From assembly GCA_964016885.1 (NCBI GenBank), contig OZ024746.1:20212001-20276000 (forward strand): a DNA stretch of 64,000 nt. The letters run 5' to 3'. Below, piece by piece: positions 1-14,372 of this stretch (position 1 is the first letter of the stretch; each line of letters starts with the position of its first letter). Under the pieces are notes generated by a model. It made no database searches. It was not told the origin of the DNA and saw only the letters and a program-made list of their open reading frames with translations. The position numbers and the translations under genes were made by a program. The DNA comes from Eledone cirrhosa. Lineage: Eukaryota.

Positions 1-152
1 ACATTCAATGTCCACACAAACATAAATTGGGGAATTCTTTCAGATCTAATGGAGGAATACAACCTTTTCTCTGTCAATAATAACTTTATGAAACCAAAAA
101 TAAATTGTGGATATTTGAATATCTTCTCAGCTAGATTATCTCCTTTTTCGCG
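1..152 (+). pseudogene. Degenerate LINE (probably RTE-like) apurinic endonuclease fragment
   Basis: Frame 1 reads TFNVHTNINWGILSDLMEEYNLFSVNNNFMKPK. Shifted frames continue KLWIFEY and QLDYLLFR. This resembles the NxNG..L..F...NL...N..F.K..W...QLDY block of non-LTR APE domains. Confidence 0.55.
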
Positions 153-256
153 ACAGAAGCAACAACAGCAAAAACAGCAACAACAAGAATTTCACAAATC
201 ATCTGATAAAGCAGAAGACCGAACTATTCTACGTTCGCCTAGCATTGAATCCGAGA

Positions 257-354
257 TTTGTTGTTGCTGTTTTTGCTGTTGTTGCTGCTGTTGTTGCTGC
301 TGTTGTTGCTGCTGCTGCTTTAGTTGTTATCGCTATTGTTGTTGTTGCTGCTGC

Positions 355-442
<88 letters not shown>

Positions 443-482
443 GATGATGATGATAATGTTGCTGTTGTTGCTGCTGCTGTTT
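257..482. repeat. (TTG/CTG)n trinucleotide microsatellite
   Basis: Directly visible; source of the poly-C/V/T/N ORFs. Confidence 0.95.
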
Positions 483-658
483 GGCCAATGATCAAATGCG
501 TATATTTCAGTGGACACTCAGCGCCAGGACCGCTGCATCTCCACTGAATAATCATATTACCGGGAATAAATTATAATAGGGACTTAAATCGCTGCCATGC
601 TAAATGCATAGAAGCCTTCCCAATTAGTTCGACTTTGTTGTACACAAAACTGTTTAAT

Positions 659-802
659 AATTGTTTCTACTTTAGGCACAAGGCCAACAATTACCCAGTG
701 CATTACTGGTACTTTATTTTATCGACCCCGTAAGGATGAAAGGCAAAGTCAACCTCGGCGGGATTTGAACTCAGATCGTAAAGGGACGTAACTATGCTGG
801 AA
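659..802 (-). mobile_element. tRNA-derived SINE family A, 5'-truncated
   Basis: Reverse complement of the recurring core GAGTTCAAATCCCGCCGAGGTTGACTTTGCCTTTCATCCTTACGGGGTCGATAAAATAAAGTACCAG. Confidence 0.9.
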
Positions 803-1240
803 CAAGTTCGAAAAATACGTTTTAAGACAGATCAAAGAAATCTAAGAGGTTTGACAATTTAACAGAAAAAAAAGTTTAAAAAACAAAAACAACCTTCATT
901 TCAGTGTTTTACTCAAGAAAACAACATACAACCTCGTCTACGAATCAAACCCATGGCATGAAGAGGTTAGACCAAACATCCTCAGCACTAGGCCATGTTC
1001 CTCCGCAGAAAACATTGTAACGCTCTAATTTAAATGCATGGCCGAAACAACAAAATGGCTGCAGTGGATTTGAACACATTGCATATGAACTGGTACACTA
1101 TCATAACCACGAGGTCATTTTTATTCTTCACTGTCTTGCATTGTTTTAAGAAATTCTTCTAAGAAATATCTAGTATTGAAAGAAATGATTATTAGATGGC
1201 GTCATCTGTTTCTACTTTATGGAAACCATTTTTTTAAATA

Positions 1241-1452
1241 CAAGGTGTTTCAAAAAAATTAGATATCATTTCTAATGTAGGTATAGTAGAAATCATTCAG
1301 GAAATCCAAATACCTTTGAATTTTTCATTCAGATTTTGAGGAATAAATCTTACGTTGCTCAAAATTAAACTTGCTTAGTCTCGTTGTCTTAAACTTTGTA
1401 GTTTCTGGGATATTTACATCTCAAATAATATTCATTTTTGTGAAACACCTTG
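1241..1452. mobile_element. Tc1/mariner-type MITE
   Basis: TA|CAAGGTGTTTCA ... TGAAACACCTTG|TA: 12-bp perfect TIR with TA TSD. Confidence 0.8.
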
Positions 1453-2229
1453 TATTTGAATAGTCGGTGATTTAAAACCGCATTTTAAAGAAAATGGTTA
1501 AGTTGTATGAGTAATAAACAAGCGGTTGGTGATCAAGTTGAGATAACTATTAATAGTCTGAATCAGTGAAACATTTGCGCTGCGCCAGGACTAAATAGCA
1601 AAAGCATTTGAATACGAGTAATGTTGCACCAAATAGAACAGAGCTTTTCTTAATGGTGTGTGGGTGTAGGTTGTACTGAAACGATAGATGTGTGCTTTAA
1701 TTCTTAAATGTCCAAATACCGGCCATTCTTGACTCTCTGATTACAACAATTACGTATCGTTGACAAAAATATTTTCCAGCTGCGAATCATTTGAGAAGTT
1801 CAGATATATATTCAATACTAAACCATTAAGCGGCAATGTCTAGTATTGATTTGTTTGTTGTTAAGGCTGTCTTTTTTGCTGTTTTTACTTGACAAAGTTA
1901 AAACATATTGCCATCTATTTTCTTTTCCCCTCTCTCTCTGTACACGTTATATACATACATAGGCACACGTATTTATAGGTGTATGTGTGTTTTTGTGTAC
2001 ATTATATACATACGTAGACATACATTTATAGATGTATGTGAGTATTTGTGTACATTATATACATATATAAACACACATATCTATAGATGTATCTGTGTAC
2101 ATTATATATATATATACGTAGACACATAATTTTAGGTCTATGTGTGTAATTTTATACGTTATATACATACGTAAACACATATTTATAGATGTATGTGTAT
2201 ATTTGTGTACACAAAAATGATATATAAAA

Positions 2230-2685
2230 ATTATTTATCTACTAACTTGAATGATGAGTTGAGCCCACTTATTCCTGAGGGGTTCATAGGGGCAGGGTCC
2301 TGTCGGGAGCAACTGTGTCCAAATGATCCAGCTGGATCCCCAAGCAAGAACAGTCAAGCTCGTGGTTGTTATCCAACCATTCTTGCTCGGGGTCTACCCT
2401 TGGGTCTCCTGTCAGTTGGTTTTGCCCGTAAAATCTGTCCAGCAATACTTTCCTGAGACATTCTAACAACATTCCCGTAGTATCGGAGCTGTGATCTCTC
2501 AATTCGGAGAAGTGGCGGCTCTACCTGCTGCAACTTTCTGATCTCCGAGCTATGCACTTTATCGTGTAACGTTACTCCAAAAACCCTTCAGAGAAACCCC
2601 ATTTCGGCCGTTTGTACTCGCGATTGTATTATTTCGGTCATTACCCGAGATTCATGACCATAGGTAAGAGTTGGCACTCATATTC
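2230..2685 (-). mobile_element. RTE-clade LINE 3' fragment
   Basis: Minus-strand peptide SSEIRKLQQVEPPLLRIERSQLRYYGNVVRM..GQILRAKPTDRRPKGRP is a typical RTE ORF C-terminus. Homologous to 48040-48343 and 55360-55790. Confidence 0.8.
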
Positions 2686-2856
2686 AGCTAATAGAATTTC
2701 TCCTGCGTTTGTCTTTGAAGTGAAAACAGTGAGATATCATATGTGAATTCTACACCTTAACCAAAGGCTCTTCTTGAGTAGATCCATACATATCGATCTG
2801 TTGAAGAAAATACCAGACATTAACACACTCAAGAACACGATACATTATTTACAGGG

Positions 2857-3180
2857 TCGGTGGATTGGCAGTGTCGGTAGAGGGTCGGACGCCATGCTTT
2901 GCAGCAAAGAGTTACGGCCCTTTGTGGTCTGAGTTCAAATCCCGCCGAGGTTAACTTTGCCTTTCATCCTTACGGGGTCGATAAAATAAAGTACCAGTCA
3001 CGCACTGGGGTCGATTTAATCGACTTTCCCCTCCCCCAAAATTGCTGGCCTTGTGCCTATTTAAGAAATCATTATTTACGGGGTCGATAAAATAAAGTAC
3101 CATTAATGCACTGGGGTAGATTTAATCAACTTTCCTCTCCCCCAAAATGGTTGTCCTTGTGCCTAAATCAAAAACCTTAT
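2857..3180 (+). mobile_element. SINE family A (long 3' form) plus a partial duplicated tail
   Basis: A-box-like TGGCAGTGTCGGTAGAG, B-box GAGTTCAAATC, central core, tail GGGGTCGATTTAATCGACTTTCCCC...GTGCC. Confidence 0.9.
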
Positions 3181-3703
3181 TTTAAGATAGGTTCTATTTG
3201 TCTACAGATTAACTAGTGTGTTACAACCACTTCAACACAACGGACCTCAAATGAATCACCACACACAAACTGTTCAAGAATACAATATCATAGTCTTGCT
3301 GTGAAAATCAGATCCATTATTCCTCTAGCAGAACGGAAACGAGACTAAAAAATCTATAAAATCGGTGAAGTTGTTGAAAAAAAACACGGTTATATCACTG
3401 CCATTGTTTTTAGCTGTTTGTGAAAAAACAACGAGACTTACAAAGTGGCTATTATTAAAGATATTTCAAAACATATACAGAGGAAAGAGCATATAATACA
3501 GAACAAATAAAATAGAATATGACAGCTCATATGTTCACACATGTCCACGTCACTGTCGTTATTTTTAACTCTGTCAAACTCAATAAAGCTTATACGAGAC
3601 GACAGTTATTAAACCTGCCTAGATATATAACAGACGTTGCTTTTAGTTGTTTGTGAAAAAAACACCAAACACTACGAAATGGTCATTATTAAAGGCATAT
3701 ATG

Positions 3704-3890
3704 GGCGGTTCATTGGTAGTATCAGTAGAGGGTCGGACATGCTTTCCAGCATAGTTACGTCCCTTTACGATCTGAGTTCAAATCCCGCCGAGGTTGACTT
3801 TGCCTTTCATCCTTACGGGGTCGATAAAATAAAGTACCAGTAATGTACTGGGTAATTACTGGCCTTGTGCCAAAACTAGAAATAATTATT
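3704..3890 (+). mobile_element. SINE family A (short 3' form)
   Basis: Same head and core; ends GGCCTTGTGCCAAAACTAGAAATAATTATT. Confidence 0.9.
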
Positions 3891-3916
3891 AAAGGCATTA
3901 TGGTTTTAGATGTATT

Positions 3917-3978
<62 letters not shown>

Positions 3979-4062
3979 TGAGTGTGTGTCTGTCTGTGTG
4001 TGCGTGTATATACATATACGTATACATGTACATATTCACCCAAACATATATATATACATATA

Positions 4063-4607
<545 letters not shown>

Positions 4608-4609
4608 AG

Positions 4610-5192
4610 GCTTCATTAAATAGTCCCCGATGTTCCCTTGACTAAATGTTCCTAACTGTTTCCCTTGTGTTGTCCAGTGCTCGATACTTCTACAGGATGG
4701 ATGGAAACACACTCTCTATTGAAAATTACTTTTGGCCTCATGTGACAACTTGGAAAAACATCAATGCCCTCATGTTCAAGCAAGATGTGCCCCCCACCTC
4801 ATTCTGCACGCACTTCCCGTGAGTAGTTTGATGTCCAATTTCCAGGATGTTGGCCAACAAGAAGCCCTGACTTAACGCCATGCGATTTTTTCCTGTTGGT
4901 TGGGCGAAAGAAAAAGTTTATAGCTGAAAACAAAAAAACCTCTGACAGAATTCAGATTTTCTATTGAATAAAGAAAGTAAAGATATGTGTGTTTATTTGT
5001 GTGTTTGTGTGTGTGTGTGCGTGTGTGTGTGTGTGTGTGCGTGTGTTTGAATTTCTTTACTTTAAAAAAAGGTGGCTCACGAAGGCTTTTTTTTAATAAA
5101 CGTGATTTGATTGGTTATAAATGAAATTTGGCTGTCACGTAAACAAGTTTTCATTACATTTTTGCGCCCTTATTTGGAAAACTATTCTGTAG
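4610..5192 (+). mobile_element. Degenerate Tc1/mariner element with transposase C-terminal remnant
   Basis: Broken frames give FKQDVPPxH and WPTRSPDLTPCDFFL..KEKVY, matching the FQQDGAPPH and SPDLxPxD mariner/Tc1 motifs. Second copy at 53570-54005. Confidence 0.75.
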
Positions 5193-5406
5193 TCTTTATA
5201 GCGAATGTTATGTCAATGGAAAGATAGTGGTCAAGAGAAATGGGATTGGGAGAATTGTTCTGGTTCAGTGAATATGGTTAGTTCGCTGGGGTGTCAGAGT
5301 TCAGATTTTCTATTGAAGTGAAGATATGTATGTTTATTTGTGTGCTTGTGTGTGTGTATGTGTGTGTATGTGTGCGTGGGCCACCTTTTTTTAAAGTAAA
5401 CAAATT

Positions 5407-5501
<95 letters not shown>

Positions 5502-5610
5502 GCACACACAAGCACACAAATAAACACACATATCTTTACTTTCTTTATTCAATAGAAAATCTGAATTCTGACACCCCAGCGAACTAACCATATTCACTGA
5601 ACCAGAACAA

Positions 5611-5648
<38 letters not shown>

Positions 5649-5649
5649 C

Positions 5650-5702
<53 letters not shown>

Positions 5703-5735
5703 AATATATATATACATATATATATACATATATAC

Positions 5736-5890
<155 letters not shown>

Positions 5891-6028
5891 AAGACACGCA
5901 CACAAGCACACAAAGCACACAAGCACACAAGCACACAAATAAACACACATATCTTTACTTTCTTTATTCAATAGAAAATCTGAATTCTGACACCCCAGCG
6001 AACTAACCATATTCACTGAACCAGAACA

Positions 6029-6101
<73 letters not shown>

Positions 6102-6102
6102 C

Positions 6103-6153
<51 letters not shown>

Positions 6154-6174
6154 AATATATATATACATATATAT

Positions 6175-6291
<117 letters not shown>

Positions 6292-6313
6292 TACATATAT
6301 ATATATACATATA

Positions 6314-6351
<38 letters not shown>

Positions 6352-6353
6352 CT

Positions 6354-6470
6354 CTGAAGAAGTGACAACTGATTATACATTTGCTATCGAATACTTGCTA
6401 ACATTATATGATTACGCAAGCAGCGATACATAGGTATTCCGTCTGTTACAGAAACATATGTCAATACCTA
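6354..6470 (+). ncRNA. Hammerhead ribozyme-like motif in the PLE 5' pseudo-LTR (identical copy at 9480-9596)
   Basis: CTGAAGA at 6354-6360; stem II GTGACA/TGTTAC enclosing a long hairpin (TATCG/CGATA, CTTGC/GCAAG); GAAAC-ATAT-GTC at 6451-6462; AATAAA follows. Canonical stem I is not supported. Confidence 0.6.
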
Positions 6471-6677
6471 ATAAATTCCTTTTTTAAAAAAAGCACTTTC
6501 ATTTTATATTCATCCTTTCTACATTTTCTCCGGAATATAATTTATACTCGTTGAGCAAACCTGCACGTACGCTGTTCATCTCTAACGTAACGATATATTA
6601 TCACTACATTATTGATAACCTGAAATTTTATTAATCTCCTATACAGTTGAGCAACTAATTCAGCATACGCCTCTAAA

Positions 6678-9006
6678 ATGGAAAGGCACCAATTGGATAT
6701 GTCGTTAAAAAACATACCTATTCAGGCAAAAAGGGAATATATTCTAGGTATGATACGAAGGACCAATGATTTTATTCGACGAATCAGATGGAAAACATTC
6801 CATTTTGACAAAAGCCGTATAAACCAAACATCGGATCTTAACAAGGATAAATTTGGATTTAAATCTTACAAGAACCCACCCTCAAACCCACTTTTGGATG
6901 CATTTGAACAAGACCTAATGGATATGATCATGGAGATCAAATTTACAAAACGGAAGAACAATAAACTACAGAATGACATCACGGCACTGCTCAATAATCT
7001 AAAAAACGCCAATGGAATTATTGTTAGAGCAGACAAAACATCAAACGTATATACCATGGATGTGGACACTTACAATAACTTCATCCGTAAGGAATTGCAT
7101 AAAAAATACAGGAAAACTAATGAAGCTACACTTAAAAACATCAACAACTCGGCATGTGATATTGTTAAAAAACTTTGTATTGACGATAGAACGCAACCCT
7201 TAACACCAGCTATACCATCCTTCAACCTGAAGGACCACAAGGTAAACTTCGATACTAACCCTAATATTAGACTTATATGCCCCTCTAAATCTGATATAGG
7301 CAAAATTAGCAAATATATACTAGACAGAATTATCCCCCAAGTTAAGGTTAAAGTAGAGATTAAACTATGGGGTAACACTCATGAAGCAATAAGATGGTTT
7401 AATAACATTACTGATAAGAAAAAATCAAAATTTATTCAGTTTGATATTGATGAATATTATTCCTCAATTTCACCTGATACTCTACATGAAGCTCTTTCGT
7501 TCACTAAGGATAATTCCGACCTTACGGATGCTGAAATTAAAATTATTATGGAAGCGAGGAAAACTATAGTTAAATTCGATGATAGCTACTGGGTTCGCAA
7601 AGATAGACCTTCTAATTTTGATATCACTATGGGTTCTAATGATTCGGCGGAAGTAACAGATCTTGTGGGAATTTATATCACCCACAGATTACAAGGAAAA
7701 TTCAAGGATCTCCACGGTGGAATCTACCGTGACGATGCGCTCCTATTAGTTAAGCATATGAATAACCAGAATTTAGAAAGGATGCGTAAAAATATCAGAA
7801 AGCTTTTTAAGGAACTAGGATTAAATATTACATTTGAATATAACCTCAAAGAGGTCAATTTCCTTGATGTTACTTTCAATCTCAATACAGATACGATTGA
7901 ACCGTTCCATAAACTAAATGAGAACCTTAAATATGTAAATACGAGTTCTAACCATCCACTCTCTATAATTAAATCCATCCCTAGAAATGTTTCTCTTAGA
8001 ATCTCCCGCCTGTCGTCCAACCAACAAACCTTCAAAGAACATGCCGATTATTAGGATGATGCACTTAGGAAAGCCGGTCACCTAGATAATATAGAGTATA
8101 TAGTCAAAGATCACCAAAACACCCAAAATAAATCCCATAGGAGTAGAAATAGCACAGAATCACCACCATACATACACTACCGCAATAGACACAATAATAG
8201 TCGCACACCACCAAACAGAAGGCGATGTAAGGAGTATATTTGGTACAACCCGGTCTATAACAACTCTATTAAAACCAATCTACCCTCAAAATTCTTTCGA
8301 TTAGTTAAAAAACACTTTCCAACATCACATAAATATAATAAAATCTTAAACCCTAACACTATTCGACTTTCATATTCAACCGCCCCTAATATTGAACAAC
8401 ATATAAAAAAGCTTAACGCAAAACGGTTGTATAAACGCCTTCCAACACATAACAATACACGTAAAACATTAGCTATAACATCACAAAACAACAAACAACA
8501 TCCTGTCCTACATAAGCAACCTCATCAACCCATCCATGGCAATACAACAACGCAAAATTATAATTGCAACTGTGTCCAACCAGGAATGTGTCCGTTGAAC
8601 AATCAGTGTCTTGAACGCAACATCGTATACAAATGTACTATCGAATCGGATAGACAGAAGTGGTACTATGTGGGATCTACAGCCACCTCCTTCAAATTAC
8701 GCCTTTATAGACATCGTTATTCGATAAAACATGAAAACCAGCGTTATGTAACAACACTCGCAGACAAGGCTTGGCAGCTGCGTGAAAATAACCAACAATT
8801 TCACCTAAAATGGGATATAATAGCGGCTGCCCCCCCCCCCCCCCCCCTATTCCCATGGACAGGAATTTTGTAAATTATGTAATGTAGAATTATTTTGTAT
8901 TATGAAATCCAAAAACATTTTATTAAATAACAGAATAGAGCGATCGTTATACTGTAACCATCGCTTAAAATCTACATTTTCATATTATAAATACTACCAG
9001 GATTGA
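6678..9006 (+). pseudogene. PLE polyprotein (reverse transcriptase + GIY-YIG endonuclease) with two lesions
   Basis: RT motifs ADKT, QFDIDEYYSSI, FDITMGSNDSAE, YRDD and VNFLDV. One in-frame TAG at 8052-8054; the same frame then continues IWYNP..KHFP..SYS..CNCVQPGMCPLNNQC..IVYKC..YYVGST..FKLRLYRH. A frameshift in the poly-C run near 8830-8847 is followed by CKLC..LLNNR..CNHR to TGA at 9004-9006. Confidence 0.92.
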
Positions 9007-9757
9007 ACGCCTGTCTCTATCCCCGTTTGATTGTCAAAATAGATATTAACATTCTTTATTAGTCTTAATTCTATCAACTCTTCTATTATTTACCTTTTAA
9101 TACAAACTGCTATAGATAAAATGAGATTTCTGATTTCTTGATTCAATTCCCTAATGCATATACCAGCTGGCTACTAGCATTGATGTTATTTAGTAGCAAT
9201 CGAAATCTCCCCCTTCCCCAATTGACACTTTATAATTAATACTACTGCACCAAATGACCAGCCCTGTCCACTGTCCAGTTGGTCAAGTAGAGATTAAAAT
9301 TGGCACTCCCAAAATTCTTATTTAGATTTACTCATGGTATTCTCATTAGAAACCCATTATATACTTTTTTAGCAGTAAATTAATTTACCATCTGTCATAT
9401 ACTATCCCCTCTGTTTCTTCCTCTATTACTAATATAAATACTTCAATTTTTCTGATTTTATCCAGTTTATCCAAAATCTCTGAAGAAGTGACAACTGATT
9501 ATACATTTGCTATCGAATACTTGCTAACATTATATGATTACGCAAGCAGCGATACATAGGTATTCCGTCTGTTACAGAAACATATGTCAATACCTAATAA
9601 ATTTCTTTTTTAAAAAAAGCACTTTCATTTTATATTCATCCTTTCTACATTTTCTCCGGAATATAATTTATACTCGTTGAGCAAACCTGCAGGTACGCTG
9701 TTCATCTCTAACGTAACGATATATTATCACTACATTATTGATAACCTGAAATTTTAT

Positions 9758-10406
<649 letters not shown>

Positions 10407-10407
10407 T

Positions 10408-10760
10408 ATTGTTATACTTGGGGAGGGTCATATTTGTGTAATATTGCCAGAATTAATAACAGAACACACTCACTGTTTGGTTGGTTTTCGCTTCTCGCTG
10501 TCTTTTATATCTGCGATCTAACTTAATCGGTCCTCAATGTTGCCATTGACTGACCGACGGTCAAAAATAATACAGATACAATATAGACACAAACACATAT
10601 ATATAGTTTACATAATTTACATAAATCTTTCGTTGCACATCTGCAACATCGTCAGTGGTGTTATATTTTTTCCTCCTGTTGTGTTGTATGTCTACGCCAT
10701 CTTTTATTCAGTCTGTCTATATATTTATTTATTTATTTGCTTGTTTGTTTATTTTATTTT
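10408..10760 (+). mobile_element. Dispersed repeat family T, long copy
   Basis: Aligns by eye with 29738-30085 over about 330 bp; begins at the edge of a (TA)n array. Confidence 0.75.
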
Positions 10761-10889
10761 GTCTTCTTTGCGCATGCGTTTGCGTGTGTGTATAGTGTTA
10801 CGTTTGCTGTGTGACTAGTGTGTATAGTGTTGTGTCTGCTGGATGACTAGTGTGTGTTTATGTGCTTGTTGTTATTGTGCTTGTGTATG

Positions 10890-12030
<1,141 letters not shown>

Positions 12031-12599
12031 GCAAAAGGCAAACAGTACAATGAAGAAATATATTATTAGTTTTGCGCTTGATATAGTAGGAAAAGAGTGT
12101 TAACGTTTCGGACGCTAATCCTTCATTAGAAAATAGAATGAGAAATTAAAGAAGAAATAGAAAGGTAGAATTGTCAAATTTTTTTTCAGAAAATAACAGG
12201 TTTATTCAAGTCGCCATCTCTTATAACTTTCAACGATCTCTTCACACAATTGTTATGGCGATTTGTTTTTACAAACCTATATAATTCCTCTTAAATAATA
12301 ATTTCATTGAAATACATTCCAGGCATCTCCGCCCGCCGCTGCCCCCCCCCCCCCCCCACACACACACACACAATCAATCATTTGGGGTCACTGAAGTTGA
12401 GACATCCGAATTATTGGGATGTTAATATTCTTTTTCTGAGTAGATCAATCATATATTGGATATGAATTCCAGATGAATGACATTTTTTGACAACAAAGAT
12501 TTATAATAAATATATAGTACTATATCTGTTGCGTAAGACAGCGTTGCAGTATCGGAAATAAGTCGATTACTCCAACATCCCGGAGATAGAATACATTGG

Positions 12600-12945
12600 A
12601 TACAGTCCACGTCCCGTAACTCCTGAAGAAGTCGTAGTGGCATCGTATTGACATATGGCGTTTGGGGGCATTTTTTAAACCTGGTGGAGCCCATCCCCTT
12701 TCCAATTCTGAATACAGCAGATTTCCTCCAGAGAAGGATAGAGAATGGACGAATGGAATTGTAAAAAAAATATAAAGGAAGAATCGATCCCAGTACTAAA
12801 CAGGTTCATTTGTATCGACCTCTAAAGAATGAAAGAAAAGTTGACCTCGGTGGCATTTGAACTCAGAGAGCAAGAAGCAGAGAACCGAAACAAATACAGC
12901 AAAGCATTCTATTCGACGTTCTAACGACTCTGCCAATTTGCCGCC
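12600..12945 (-). mobile_element. SINE family B (same core as A, longer tail), old copy
   Basis: Reverse complement has GGCGGCAAATTGGCAGAGTCGTTAGAACGTCG..GAGTTCAAATGCCACCGAGGTCAACTTT. Related to 13640-13990, 26650-26870 and 62925-63200. Confidence 0.7.
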
Positions 12946-13235
12946 TATAATTAGCATGTATACTCATCGTAAATTATCTAAAGCTGAGCCATCATATAGA
13001 TTTTAGTCTTTTCAGAAGCTCAACTTTCAAATTATAGTCTCAATCCTTACAATTTTAGCTTACAATCGAATCACTTTTTAAAGATATAATCTTTCTTAAA
13101 GAACTATCCCATATTACAGTTTCATCTCATACTGAAGGCTATCGCTTTTCATTAGACAAATATTATATTAACCTTTCATTGATATAACAATAACAGTAAC
13201 AAAATGCAAACATCCATAAAAACATCAGATATATT

Positions 13236-13276
<41 letters not shown>

Positions 13277-13286
13277 TTTCATGTAC

Positions 13287-13412
<126 letters not shown>

Positions 13413-13639
13413 TAGCATAGTAATTCAGTTGGGAATGTGATTCACACCATTTCAGAACTGGATTCAACAAAAACATTCCATAAAGCATTATCAAACTGAT
13501 GAAACATATCTAGGTTACAAATGATCAGATATTCATCAGCGCAAGAACAACAATACTGGTTTCTAATAGGACGATAGTATTCGGGTTTCAAATCCAGCCA
13601 AGATTGATTTTTTTTTCTTTTTTAATATATACTTAGAAG

Positions 13640-13990
13640 GTGGTTAATTGGCAGAGTCGTTAGAAAGTCGGATAGAATGATTTGCGGTATTTGTTTCGTT
13701 TATCTGCTCTCTGAGTTCAAATGCCGCCGAGGTCAACTTTGCCTTTCATCCATTTAAGGTCGATAAAAAAAGTACCAGTCTAGTACTAGGGTCGATTTTT
13801 CTTCTATATCTTTTTCTCACTTCCTCTTTCTCACTTTCTATTCTTTTCTGGAAGAAATCTGCTGTATTCAGATCTGGGGAGGAGATAGGCTCCGCCAGAC
13901 TTAAAATGCCTAAGAAACGCTGCATACTCGTACAGCGCCTCTACGACCATACCATGCCAAATTACGGACCATACCATACCAAATGTGCTA
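13640..13990 (+). mobile_element. SINE family B
   Basis: TTGGCAGAGTCGTTAGA..GAGTTCAAATGCCGCCGAGGTCAACTTTGCCTTTCATCC..AGTACCAGTCTAGTACT plus an extended tail. Confidence 0.75.
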
Positions 13991-14151
13991 AAGGTCATTA
14001 AGGTGAGCACTCGATCTACTATAAATAGCAGCCAGAACTTCGAATTACACGCTACCATCTTATATAAGGACAATTTGAAAATGAAGTCTTCAAAGATGAG
14101 ATGGCAATGGATGAAATGCTTTTGATTATAGATCTGCTTATAGATTTGTAG

Positions 14152-14372
14152 TGGGCGGTGTATTGGCAGTATCGGTAGAGCGTCGGACAACATGTGTTAG
14201 GGTATTTAGTTATGACCTTCTATGTTCTGAGTTCAAATTCCGCCGAAGTCAGCTTTGCCTTTCATCCCTACGAGATCGATAAAATAAAGTACCAGTAAGA
14301 CAATGGGGTCGATTTAATCAAGTTTCCCCTCCCCTAAAAATTATTAGCCTTGTGCCTAAATCAGAAACCTTA
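14152..14372 (+). mobile_element. SINE family A (long form)
   Basis: Head, core and tail as in the other copies; TTATAGAT(C/T)TG repeated on both sides (possible TSD). Confidence 0.85.

Larger units (their letters stand above)
6349..9757 (+). mobile_element. Penelope-like retroelement (GIY-YIG type, Hydra-clade-like) with 283-bp direct pseudo-LTRs, inserted in (TA)n
   Basis: 6349-6631 and 9475-9757 are near-identical direct repeats at offset 3126. The internal ORF encodes RT + GIY-YIG. Both flanks are long (TA)n arrays. Confidence 0.93.

Noticed and set aside
229-555. Possible polyQ/polyN host exon on the minus strand
   Set aside because: Stops lie close upstream in the Q frame and there is no convincing splice or domain context; treated as microsatellite.
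2857-2950. tRNA gene calls at SINE heads (also 53390-53465)
   Set aside because: A/B boxes run into SINE core and tail sequence with no full cloverleaf; these are tRNA-derived SINEs.
8052-8054. Selenocysteine or programmed readthrough in the PLE ORF (as in some Naiad PLEs)
   Set aside because: The stop is TAG, not TGA, it is not at a Cys-like position, and no SECIS was recognised. A nonsense mutation is simpler.
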